Shown: one piece after another, positions 50,730 to 62,419 of the stretch
How the letters are laid out: each line of letters opens with the position of its first letter
Numbering within the stretch: position 1 is the stretch's first letter
Assembly (NCBI RefSeq): GCF_006345805.1
Contig: NC_043001.1
Span: forward strand, 14,632,001-14,696,000
Length of the DNA: 64,000 nucleotides
From: Octopus sinensis
Taxonomy: Eukaryota
Direction of reading: 5' to 3'
Program-made: the position numbers and the translations under genes
Notes under the pieces: generated by a model
The model's database searches: none
What the model was told of the DNA's origin: nothing
What the model saw: the letters and a program-made list of their open reading frames with translations, nothing else

Positions 50730-51115
50730 TCTTTACTCTCTTTTACTCTTTTACTTGTTTCAGTCATTTGACTGCGGCCATGCTGGAGCACCGCCTTTAG
50801 TCGAGCAAATCGACCCCGGGACTTATTCTTTGTAAGCCTAGTACTTATTCATCGGTCTCTTTTGCCGAACCGCTAAGTGACGGGGACGTAAACACACCAG
50901 CATCGGTTGTCAAGCAATGCTAGGGGGACAAACAGAGACACACAAACACACACATATATATATATATATGACAGGCTTCTTTCAGTTTCCATCTACCAAA
51001 TCCACTCACAAGGCATTGGTCGGCCCGGAGCTATAGCAGAAGACACTTGCCCAAGATGCCACGCAGTGGGACTGAACCCGGAACCATGTGGCTGGTTAGC
51101 AAGCTACTTACCACA
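50730..51115 (-). mobile_element. SINE family A, near full length
   Basis: Reverse-complement consensus. Confidence 0.9.
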
Positions 51116-51519
51116 AGATTTTCTTTTTATATGATGCGCTTATAAGTTGTACCCCCAACTTTAGGTGAAAATTTCAGGGGAGAAGAAATGTGACTTATAG
51201 CCGAGAAAATAAACAGAATATACGGTAGTTTGGAATAATGACCAAAACATCCCCTGAAAGATAAAAGAGGGGACAGAAAAAAATAAGGTCCCGATCAGAT
51301 GAAGCCATTTTCAGTCCATTTTGATCGTTAAAACTTGTGTGAAAGATATTAATGTCAGATTAATAATCATTTGTATGTTCCCTGCTGCAAATGAAGAGAA
51401 CTTGTGACTTGGGGAGAAATCAATAAAACTGGTGCTGTCAGCACTTTGATACGATAACAACAGAAATAGCTCGGATATATGCTTTTGACTGCGGTGACAA
51501 TGTTATTTATTACAGCACA

Positions 51520-52700
51520 TGTGTGCGCGTGTGTATATGTGTGTGTGTGGTGTGTGCATAGTGTGTGCGCATGTGCATGTGTGTACTTGTGTACTTGTGT
51601 GTGTGAGTGTGTGAGTGTGTGAGTGTGTGTGTGTGTGTGTGTGCATGGTGTGTGTGTGTGTGCATGTGTGTGGTGTGTGCTTGTATGTGTGCGTGGTGTG
51701 TGTGTGTGTGCATGTGCATGGTTTATGTGTGCATGGTGTGTGTGTGTGCGTGGTATGTGTGCACATGTGTGTGTGTGTGTGCGCGTGTGTGTGCATGTGT
51801 GCATGGTGTGTGTGTGTGCATGGTGTGTGTGTGTGCATGTGTGTGTGTGTGCGCGTGTGTGCATGTGTGCATGGTGTGGTGTGTGTGCATGGTGTGTGTG
51901 TGTGTGCATGATGTGTGTGTGCGTGGTGTGTGTGTGTGCGTGTGTGTGTGTGCATGTGTGTGGTGTGTGTGTGTGTGCGCGTGTGTATGTGTGTGTATAT
52001 GTGTGTGTGTGTGGTGTGTGCTTGTGTGTGTGAATGTGTGTTTTATCTTTTCTTTTATACCTCTTTCTTGTTTCAGTCACTAGATCGTGGCCATGCTGGG
52101 GCTCTGCCTTGAAGAATTTTTAGTCGAATGAATCGATCCCTGTACTTATTATTTTTTCTTATTTTAAAAGTTTAGGACTTCATTCTATCAGTCTTTGCCG
52201 AACTGCAAAGTTACGGGGACAAAAGCACGCCAACAACGGTTGCGTTTATATGTGTGCACATGTGTGTGTGTGTGTGTGTGTATGTGTGTATACATACACA
52301 CATATACATATACAAAAATAACAAATATATGTGAATGTATGTGCTATGTATGTGTATGTGTGTGTATATGTGTGTGTATGTGTATGTGTATAAATACACA
52401 CACATACATGTACATATAAACACACGCATATGTGAATGTATGTACTACGTATGTGTGTGTGTGTGTATACATACACACATATACATATAAATACACACAT
52501 ATGTGAATGTATGTGTATGTGTGTGTGTATACATACACACACATACATATACAAAAAAAACCAAATATATGTGAATATATGTGTATGTGTATGTATATGT
52601 GTGTGTATGTGTATAAATACATACACATACATGTACATATAAACACACACATATGTGAATGTATTTACTATGTATGTGTGTGTGTGTGTGTGTGTTTGTG
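51520..52700. repeat. Long degenerate (TG)n/(TATG)n tracts with a SINE A remnant between them
   Basis: Direct reading; source of many His/Thr and Cys/Val pseudo-ORFs. Confidence 0.9.
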
Positions 52701-53119
52701 TCTGTTCCCTCCCACCACCGCTTGACTACTGATGTGAGTTTCTATACGTCTCTGTAACTTAGTGGTTCGGCAATAGTGACCAATAAACTAAGCGCCAAAC
52801 TTAAAAATAAGAACTGCATCAATTTGTTTCACTAAACCCTTCAATGGTCGCAGTCCAATGACTGAAGCCAGTAAAAGGTTACAGATAAGAGATTAGGTGA
52901 CTACTGTATTGTGAAGAATGTATTTTCCAACCAATTTATATTTGGCCTCACGGTACGAAGAATCTCTCTTTGTTCTGCACCTTTACACACATTAATTCCC
53001 CCGGTAGAGCAAACTCGGTACAGACATATACAGCATGTACGGCAGGAGGCTTCAGTATTTAAGCATATGACCCTCCGTGGAGTAGGGTGGCGCAAAATGA
53101 AGTAAGGTTCAATAATGGT

Positions 53120-53745
53120 TTCAAATTTTTGCCAAAAGGGCAACTTGGGGGAAGGGATTAAGTCGATTACATTGACCCCAGTATGTAACTGGTACTTATT
53201 TAATCGACTCCGGGAGGATGAAAGGCAAAGTCAACCTTGGTGGAATTTGAACTCAGAATGCAAAGACAGATGAAATACCGCACAGCATTTAGCCCGGCAA
53301 GCTAACGATTCTGCCAGCTCACCACTTTTAAATTTAGCTTCGATAATTATTTCAAATCTTTGCCAAAAAGGCAGCTTAGGGGAAGGGATTAAGTCGATTA
53401 CATTGACCCCAGTATGTAACTGGTACTTATTTAATCGACCCCAGAAGGATGAAAGGCAAAGTCAACCTTGGTGGAATTTGAACTCAGAATGCAAAGACAG
53501 ATGAAATACCGCACAGCATTTTGCCCGGCACGCTAACGATTCTGCCAGCTCACCACTTTTAAATTTAGCTTCGATAATTATTTCAAATTTTTGCCAAAAA
53601 GGCAGCTTAGGGGAGGAGATTAAGTTGATTACATCGACACCAGTGCATAGCTGGTACTTATTTAATCAACCCCAGAAGGTAGAAAAGCAAAGTTGACCTC
53701 GGCAGAATTTGAACTCAGAACATAGCAGCATATGAAATACCGCTA
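53120..53745 (-). repeat. Three tandem ~231-bp units, each a SINE family B plus flank
   Basis: TTCAAAT(T/C)TTTGCCAAAA at about 53121, 53352 and 53581. Confidence 0.9.
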
Positions 53746-54038
53746 AGGTTTAATAGTGATACACTTATGGTGAAATCCGAACTAAAACTTCAAATATACC
53801 TTATGAACCCCAGGTATATTCATAATATACTCACAGACAATTAAGCTGATATATAAGTAAATAGTACTGCATTACCTCTGGATATCCTTGTTGCTTATTA
53901 CTTCTGTTGCATATTTTGATTTTAATCACCTTACTTTGAAATTGTATGGATAATACCGTACTAAATTCTGGTGCCTCAACTTAAGTACCATATTCATCTG
54001 AATCTAAATTTTTGCTGAACTCATCTACCATACCTAAA

Positions 54039-54078
<40 letters not shown>

Positions 54079-54121
54079 TATATATATAAATATATATATA
54101 TAGATATATATAGATATATAT

Positions 54122-55030
54122 GATTGATTGATTCTAGTTTCAGCTCACGAGCTGTGGCCATGCTGGGGCACCGCCATTTGGTGTTGCTACATGGTTTTAC
54201 TTCACGAATGCTTTTTAGCAACTGCCATTTGGTGCATGAGAGAGTTCGATGCAGCTGCCCTCATCTGCACCTCCTGCCGTGAAGTTGGTTCATCTGGATA
54301 CCTGACAAGAAGAGATCCAGTTTCATTTTAAAGACATCTGCATCCACCCATGCAGGTCTCTTAGGTTCTTCGGGAGGATATTGAGGAGCTGTGGGCCTCG
54401 GAAGCCCAGGCTATCACAGTATCTTGTCTACATCTTGATGGCAAATTTGGAGTCCTAGAACAAAACAGTGGCACCCGTTCTGGCATTTGTGTAACTCTCA
54501 ATGCCAAAGTTTGGGACAAGTCCCTCCAGGATCTTCCAGATGTATATTATGGCATATCTTTCTCGCCTACGCTCCAAGGAGTAGAGTTTTAATCTCTTGA
54601 GTCTTTCCCAGTAGCTTATATTCTGCACAGAGGCTATCTTCTTCGTGTAGCTACGTTGAATCGCCTCAAGTTCTGTGATCAACTTGACACTGGATGGTGA
54701 CCATAGCTGAGAGCAATAGACAAAGTGGCTTAGGACAAGTGTCCTCCAGAGGACCATCATGGTTTCTTGTTCTCTTGTTCTAAAGGTTCTGAGAATCCAT
54801 CCGGCCAGTCGTCTACATTTCATTGCCAATTTAGCAACATGTACACGAAAGGTTGCGTCATCACTCATGTAAATACCCAGGTCACGCACTGATTGTGCCT
54901 CTGGGATTGCAATTCCTCCGGGTCCAGTGTATTCATTGGGTATTGCATTTAGTTTTGCATGCTGATAGTATAAAGCTTGAAACTTTTCAGCATTGAACTG
55001 CATGCTATACTTTTCAGCCCACTTGTATAT
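54122..55030 (-). mobile_element. CR1/L2-group LINE 3' fragment (RT C-terminus, 3' UTR, (TCAA)n tail)
   Basis: KWAEKYSMQFNAEKFQ...VRDLGIYMS...LWRTLVLSHFVYCSQLWSP...LEAIQRSYTK...YWERLKRLKLYSLERRRER; frameshift near 54470. Confidence 0.9.
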
Positions 55031-55068
55031 ATATACTTTGTTTAAAGCAGCAGAAAATTCAACAAAAC

Positions 55069-55106
55069 CTGTTACTCTGAGTTTCACGTTCCCGTTCGTC
55101 GGACAG
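55069..55106 (-). ncRNA. Minimal type-I hammerhead (left arm)
   Basis: Exact reverse complement of 55391-55428. Confidence 0.75.
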
Positions 55107-55390
55107 TTTTTGCTAGAATGGAACCGATATGTGAATTTTATCCAGACTAGTATAAACACTACACCTTTAAAAATGGACTTGTTTCATTGGTCCTTTACAA
55201 ATAACGGTCAATTTTCGAGCGATAAACAAAAATGAGTTCAAATAATATATATTTTTTTTAGCTTATTTTTGTTTATCGCTCGAAAATGACCGTTATTTGT
55301 AAAGGACCAATCAAACAAGTCCATTTTTAAAGGTGTAGCGTTTATACTAGTCTGGATAGAATTGACATATCGGTTCTATTCTAGTAAAAA

Positions 55391-55428
55391 CTGTCCGACG
55401 AACGGGAACGTGAAACTCAGAGTAACAG
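55391..55428 (+). ncRNA. Minimal type-I hammerhead (right arm, U4C core)
   Basis: CTGT-CCGACGA-ACG[GGAA]CGT-GAAA-CTCAGAG-TA|ACAG; stem I extends AAAAACTGT/ACAGGTTTT with one mismatch; predicted cut after 55424. Confidence 0.75.
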
Positions 55429-56029
55429 GTTTTGTTGAATTTTCTGCTGCTTTAAATACCACTGGTATTTGAGTACTCTTTTTTCCACCTTGTTTCACAT
55501 TTATGTGTTTACTCCAGTATATATATATATATATTCCAAAATTGGTTAAGAGGAATATTAAATCCTTGCAGATATCGTGTTCGTTCTTACTGATTAACTC
55601 TGCTGGCTTAACTCAGTGTATGGAGGTGAACTCCAGTTAGTTAAATTTACTATACTTGGTTAATCCTCACTTTGGTAAATCTGCGTGTCCTTATAAAGAT
55701 GGCATAGTGTCAGTAGAGAAGAAATAGTAAATGAAAATATCAGGAGAACAGAGATTTAGATAATCCTTGTTTTATTAGACATTTAATGATACCTTAGTTT
55801 ATTAAGGCCAACACATGTTTCTGCTGCAAGCCAGTGCACACTGCAAAGTTGGTATCTTAGGATGCATTTTGATGCTAAATTACTAGTGCAGCTTCATCAG
55901 GGCAAATTTTAACTATATTTAAGATATCACGTGGACAAAATAAACGTATTGATAAAATAAGATTTAATTAACTGTATGATTAAACATTAATATGTAAATA
56001 TCTACTCTCCTTATATTTTAATTTACTAT

Positions 56030-56546
56030 ATATATAATTGTTAAAGAGGATAACAAACATTAAGGAAAGGCAAACATCTCAAGTCATATACAATATTATT
56101 ATTGGAAAAAATTCAAAGTCTTAACAGCTGTTTCTGAGATATCCCAGAATATGTGATATTCTGTCATCACAGAAAAATAGGGAAAATGAGAAGTGTATAG
56201 ATTAATGAAATGACGACATAGAGGACAGGAGTAAAGGAATAAGGAGATGAAGAGAGAGAAGAAAAAAAAACAAGCATAAAAGTTCACTGTTCAGAACTCT
56301 TGTACTTCTTTTTGCTTGTCTCTCTTCATCCCCTTATTCCTTTACTCCTATCCTCTATGTTGTCATTTCCTTAATCTATACCCTTCTCATTTTCTCTGTT
56401 TGTCTCTGATGACTGAACATCTCATATTCTGGGATATCCCAGAAACAGCTGTTAAGAATTTGAATTTTTTCCAATAATAATACTGTGTATGACTTGAGAT
56501 GTTTGCCTTGGCTTAATGTTTGTTGTCCTCTTTAACAATTATATAT
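56030..56546. mobile_element. Second fold-back PLE-like element (~230-bp imperfect arms)
   Basis: ATATATAATTGTTAAAGAGGA...TCCTCTTTAACAATTATATAT. Right arm has GTCT-CTGATGA...CCCA-GAAA-CAGCTG-TT-AAGA (56402-56458); the left arm has the mirrored copy with core GTGATGA. Confidence 0.8.
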
Positions 56547-56735
56547 CCAGTATATCGGAAATCTGCAATGGCTCCATAACTACCATCTCAGTTATAACCT
56601 TAGAGCCTTAGTAATCCGTTACAGTACTTACCTAGCATACCTAATCGTTTAGATCACCTGTGAACTAAACCCACATACTTTGTATATATATATATATATC
56701 TGTAAAATAATATGTGACAATTATTTGGTAGCCAA

Positions 56736-56796
56736 GATAAAACTCTGAGTTTCGGATGCTGAGGTGGAAATCCACAACACCATCTCTTCGGTTATC
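56736..56796 (-). ncRNA. Type-I hammerhead motif (U4C core)
   Basis: Minus strand GATAA-CCGAAGA-GATG...GTGG[ATTT]CCAC...CATC-C-GAAA-CTCAGAG-TT|TTATC; 5-bp stem I; stem III identical to 55416-55422. Confidence 0.6.
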
Positions 56797-57220
56797 TGGC
56801 CATCTGAAAAACGCTATGAAAAAAGACCGTTATACAAAGGGAAATTACTGTGTTATAGACTGCTACTTATACAAAAGCACTAATTCGAATGACCGCTAAT
56901 TAAGATAACATAAAAAAGTTCATAGTAAACGCCCTTTTCACACGTACACATGTGCGCTCACGCACCCACGTGTATAAGCATACGTACACATCTTCACTCG
57001 CATTTTTCGCCAAATGTACATGCATATATATATATACAAACTCATACACACACATGCACACCGTAAAAGTTCATACATACGTCTACATACTCACAAGCAC
57101 AAGAAAAAACAGGGTTAGGGGTAACAATACAGAAAATACATAATATTGAGGTCTCTTTCTTTCTTTCGTTATCTTACCGTTTTTACCAATATATATATTA
57201 TATATATATATATATATATA

Positions 57221-57240
57221 TCACCTTCGAAACGTAGAGT
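57221..57240 (+). other. 3' half of a hammerhead-like motif after (TA)n
   Basis: TCACCTTC-GAAA-CG-TA-GAGT; no matching 5' half upstream. Confidence 0.3.
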
Positions 57241-57586
57241 AGATGAAACCATGGCGACTGAAGAAGGGTTTTTTTCCTTGTGTTATTTGTCCTGTACTCT
57301 ATTTTTGTTGTTGTTTTAGAAAAATGTCCAGTTCCTTGGGTTTGTGTCTATGTTTTCGTTTCTCATTGTGTTCGACGTTTTTTGGTGTCCTGTACTCATA
57401 TATGCGTATATATATACATGTAGAGGTAGGTACATACATATATGTATATATATATATGCATATGTTTTATTTATTAATATATTATATATATAATATATAT
57501 ATATATATATAATGGCTGACCAAATATAGCACTTACTCAGCGTACCTATCCGTTTAGATCACAAGTGAATTAAACCCCTCATATTC

Positions 57587-57686
<100 letters not shown>

Positions 57687-57828
57687 TTAATACCCTACAG
57701 GGTAAATGTTTTTTTAATTTTCTCCTGGTTTGCGGAATTAATGTTGTTTTGCGGTTGAAGCTTTGGCTGTTATTTCTAGTGGGTGAATGGCCTATTATGG
57801 CCGTTCCTTGATTGTGATATATATATAT

Positions 57829-57879
<51 letters not shown>

Positions 57880-58753
57880 GAAATAAATAATAGAGGTGTA
57901 GTGGACTGAAATGACTCCCGGTGGGAATCGAACCTCGTCTAGTTGGGAGTTTGACCCCTTGCTCTATGGTACTTGCCAATATTTATGAATGTATTTCCAG
58001 ACAATTAAATATTTATATTGGTTCTTTTCGGATTCCACAACAAAGAAACATAAATCAATAGAAACACACAAAGTCCACCTCAACCAAGATCTCCCCACGT
58101 CCACCACCACCACCACCACCACCACCGCTGCCATCACAAACTCTTCCTTGTCATATATTTTTTTTTTCATTTTCCTTTTTTTTTCTCCATTATTTTTTCT
58201 CTTCCTTCGGTAATATTTCTTCACACTGTCTGATTTATATTTAACTTGAACTATTTTTTTTCTTAACGAGGCTGCTGCATAATTATACTCTCAAACTGGT
58301 TTCAGCTATTGGAGCTGTGGCCATACTGGATCATCAATTTCATGAACATTCTTTATCTTTGCTTTTGTTTCAGGCGATAATATTGACCCAAATAGTTTAT
58401 CTGGAATTTATTTTGACGAAATTACGAACATCAACCAAAACAAAAAAAAAAGGCATAACTGAATAAGAGGTAAATGCTACAAAGCATTTTCGTTCGAGGC
58501 TCATGCTTTTGCCATTCTTCAGTGGGACACACACACACACATGGCTGTGTGGTAAGGAGCTTGCTTCCCAACCACATGGTTGCGGGTTCAATCCCACTGC
58601 GTGGCACCTTGGGCATGTGTCTTCTACTATAGCCTCGGGCCAACCAAAGTCTTGTGAGTGGATTTAGTAGACGGAAACTGAAAGAAGCCCGTCATGTGTA
58701 TATATACTCTTTACTCTTTTACTTGTTTCAGTCATTTTGACTGTGGCCATGCT

Positions 58754-58832
58754 GAGATAGAGTTCCTTTCTGATAGATTTTTTTCTCTTATCTGATAAGA
58801 GAAAAAAATCTATCAGAAAGGAACCCTATCTC
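58754..58832. repeat. 79-bp near-perfect palindrome
   Basis: 39-bp arms, 1-nt centre (58793), one mismatch. Confidence 0.95.
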
Positions 58833-58959
58833 TCTTAAAAAAATATCTTTTGATAAGCATAACAAATGCGCAACCGGTAAAAAGAACTTTCACCTAATTA
58901 AATACACTCTCCCTTACTTAAATTATTTTGTCAGCATTTTCTTCATTTCCTTTATATAT

Positions 58960-59038
<79 letters not shown>

Positions 59039-59088
59039 TATATATATCTATATATATACATATACACATATATATATATATTACACAC

Positions 59089-59154
<66 letters not shown>

Positions 59155-59663
59155 CCGTAAATCCTCGAGTATAATCCGCACTTTTTTCCCAAAATTTAAA
59201 GGTCAAAATCCCTAGTGCGTTCTATATACAAGGTTAAAAATAAAAATTATTTTCTAAGTAATGTCCGAGTCTCTATTTGCTGTCCGGCAATGTTTATTCA
59301 GACGCATTTTTTAATGTCGGGCGTAAAAATACCTTAAGCTAAGCCTAAAAGCAATGAAGTCATAAAAGAATCATCTATAACTTGCAGTTAGCAACATTTA
59401 TCAAATGTTATTACTGTTATTTCTTTATTTTCTGCAAACAAAATGCACAAAAAAGCTACACGTTTGCATTATGTTATATATACAATAATAATAAAGGACG
59501 TTACCGTATACATTTTTACAAACCAAGGACGTTATATAGACCTCCTTGACTCAAGTTAGAGAAGGAGTGCATATTATATACAAGGTTTAGGTTTTTCAGA
59601 GGCACAGCCCCCTAAAATCCCTGTGTATTATACTCAAGGGCGGACTATACTCGAGGATTTACA

Positions 59664-59664
<1 letters not shown>
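59155..59664. mobile_element. pogo/Tigger-type MITE
   Basis: TA|CCGTAAATCCTCGAGTATAATCCGC ... GCGGACTATACTCGAGGATTTACAG terminal inverted repeats. Confidence 0.75.
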
Positions 59665-59700
<36 letters not shown>

Positions 59701-60513
59701 TGTCTGTGTATGTGTCCCCCCACCATCACTTGACAACCGATGTTGTTACCATAACTTAGCAGTTCGGCAAAAGAGACTGATAGAATAAGTACTAGACTTA
59801 CAAAGAATAAGTTCTGGGGTCGATTTGTTCGAGTAAAACCCTTGAGATACTTGTTCTGCCTTGGTTTTGATTTTTCCTCTATATATATGTATGTATTTGT
59901 ACGTCTGTGTTTGTCCCTCCACCATCGCTTGACAACCGATGTTGGTGTGTTTATGACCCAGTAACTTAGCAGTTCGGCTAAGAAACCAATAGAACAAGTA
60001 CTAGGCTTACAAAGAATAACTCCTGGGGTCGATTCGTTCTACTCAAGTACTGCTGAAATTCTAGATCGGTCAAGCTATTCCATAGACATCCTAGATTAAA
60101 AAAAAAACATCTGATAATAAAAAAGGATCACCTAAACAATTGGCAGTTTCTTCTAGGTCAGCCCTTAAAAGCAACAGACACACCATCATCTCTTCCACCT
60201 AGACTCTACTCCTTTGAACTACTAAGCTGTGTATCATCTCCACTTACATTTCTTCATTTCATTATTCGTATACTCTTTACTCTTTTACTTGTTTCAGTCA
60301 TTTGACTGCGGCCATGCTGGAGCACCGCCTGTAGTCGAGCAAATCGACCCCCAGGACTTATTCTTTGTCAGCCTAGTACTTATTCTATCAGTCTCTTTTG
60401 CTGAACTGCTAAGTTATGGGGACATAAACACACCAGCATCGGTTGTCAAGCAATGTTGGGGGGGGGGGACAAACACGGACACACAAACATACACACACAC
60501 ATATATATATATA

Positions 60514-61024
60514 CCGTAAATCCTCGAGTATAATCCGCACTTTTTTCCCAAAATTTAAAGGTCAAAATCCCTAGTGCGTTCTATATACAAGGTTAAAAAT
60601 AAAAATTATTTTCTAAGTAATGTCCGAGTCTCTATTTGCTGTCCGGCAATGTTTATTCAGACGCATTTTTTAATGTCGGGCGTAAAAATACCTTAAGCTA
60701 AGCCTAAAAGCAATGAAGTCATAAAAGAGTCATCCATAACTTGCAGTTAGCAACATTTATCAAATGTTATTACTGTTATTTCTTTATTTTCTGCAAAAAA
60801 AAATGCACAAAAAAGCTACACGTTTGCATTATGTTATATATACAATAATAATAAAGGGCGTTACCGTACACATTTTTACAAACCAAGGACGTTATATAGA
60901 CCTCCTTGACTCAAGTTAGAGAAGGAGTGCATATTATATACAAGGTTTAGGTTTTTCAGAGGCACAGCCCCCTAAAATCCCTGCGTATTATACTCAAGGG
61001 CGGACTATACTCGAGGATTTACAG
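60514..61024. mobile_element. pogo/Tigger-type MITE (duplicated copy)
   Basis: As 59155-59664. Confidence 0.75.
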
Positions 61025-61644
61025 TGTTATATATATATATATATCTATATAATATATATATATATATATATATATGCATGTCTGTGTATGTGTCCCCCAC
61101 CATCACTTGACAACCGATGTTGTTACCATAACTTAGCAGATCGGCAAAAGAGACTGATAGAATAAGTACTAGACTTACAAGAATAAGTTCTGGGGTCGAT
61201 TTGTTCGAGTAAAACCCTTGAGATACTTGTTCTGCCTTGGTTTTGATTTTTCCTCTATATATATGTATGTATTTGTACGTCTGTGTTTGTCCCTCCACCA
61301 TCGCTTGACAACCGATGTTGGTGTGTTTATGACCCAGTAACTAGCAGTTCGGCTAAGAAACCAATAGAACAAGTACTAGGCTTACAAAGAATAACTCCTG
61401 GGGTCGATTCGTTCTACTCAAGTACTGCTGAAATTCTAGATCGGTCAAGCTATTCCATAGACATCCTAGATTAAAAAAAAAACATCTGATAATAAAAAAG
61501 GATCACCTAAAAATTGGCAGTTTCTTCTAGGTCAGCCCTTAAAAGCAACAGACACACCATCATCTCTTCCACCTAGACTCTACTCCTTTGAACTACTAAG
61601 CTGTGTATCATCTCCACTTATATTTCTTCATTTCATTATTCGTA

Positions 61645-62062
61645 TACTCTTTACTCTTTTACTTGTTTCAGTCATTTGACTGCGGCCATGCTGGAGCACC
61701 GCCTGTAGTCGAGCAAATCGACCCCCAGGACTTATTCTTTGTCAGCCTAGTACTTATTCTATCAGTCTCTTTTGCTGAACTGCTAAGTTATGGGGACATA
61801 AACACACCAGCATCGGTTGTCAAGCAATGTTGGGGGGGGGGGACAAACACGGACACACAAACATACACACACACATATATATATACATATACATATATAC
61901 GACGGGCTTCTTTAAGTTTCCTTCTACCAAATCCACTCACAAGGCTTTGGTCGGCCCGAAGCTATAGTAGAAGTTACTTGCCCAAGGTGCCACGCAGTGG
62001 GACTGAACCCGGAATCATGTGGTTCGTAAGCATGCTACTTACCGCACAGCCACTCCTGCGCT
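61645..62062 (-). mobile_element. SINE family A, full length
   Basis: Reverse-complement consensus. Its partner at 60270-60512 is cut at the microsatellite by the duplication junction. Confidence 0.9.
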
Positions 62063-62419
62063 TGTATGCTAACTTGCTTTATCCAGTCTTTCTTCCATAG
62101 AGTATTGACTTTCTAAGATCTTACCCTGCAAACCTTAACCTCTTGAGGTTCGTACTAATTATCTGTTGCATTGGATTTGCCAATTTGAGGGGGTTTGTAT
62201 ATGTCAAGTTTATTGCCCTTGTTTCTTCCTATTAGAAGTAGAGAAAACTGAAATAAATACAGTGTAAAAGGGGTATTTTTAATACAAATTAGGGAATGAA
62301 TAGAGTGCTCCTGGCCTTTATAGGTCCTCCAAAAGTTGGGAAATTGATTTGGTTGATCAGCCTGGATTCCTGCAGTTCAGTGTCTGCAGGAAAAATGTAT
62401 CCTTTATGCCAAGAATTGG

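Larger units (their letters stand above)
55041..55520. mobile_element. Fold-back PLE-like element, ~195-bp arms, each carrying a hammerhead
   Basis: 55041-55238 is the reverse complement of 55260-55456; single-copy tail to 55520 shared with 26590-26650; bounded by (TA)n. Confidence 0.85.
59154..61885. repeat. ~1359-bp tandem duplication
   Basis: ACCGTAAATCCTCGAG at 59154 and 60513; units differ by scattered SNPs and small indels. Confidence 0.9.

Noticed and set aside
52901-53143. Cys-rich 80-aa minus ORF / 64-aa plus ORF
   Set aside because: No recognisable domain; ORFs of this length are expected by chance in unique sequence.
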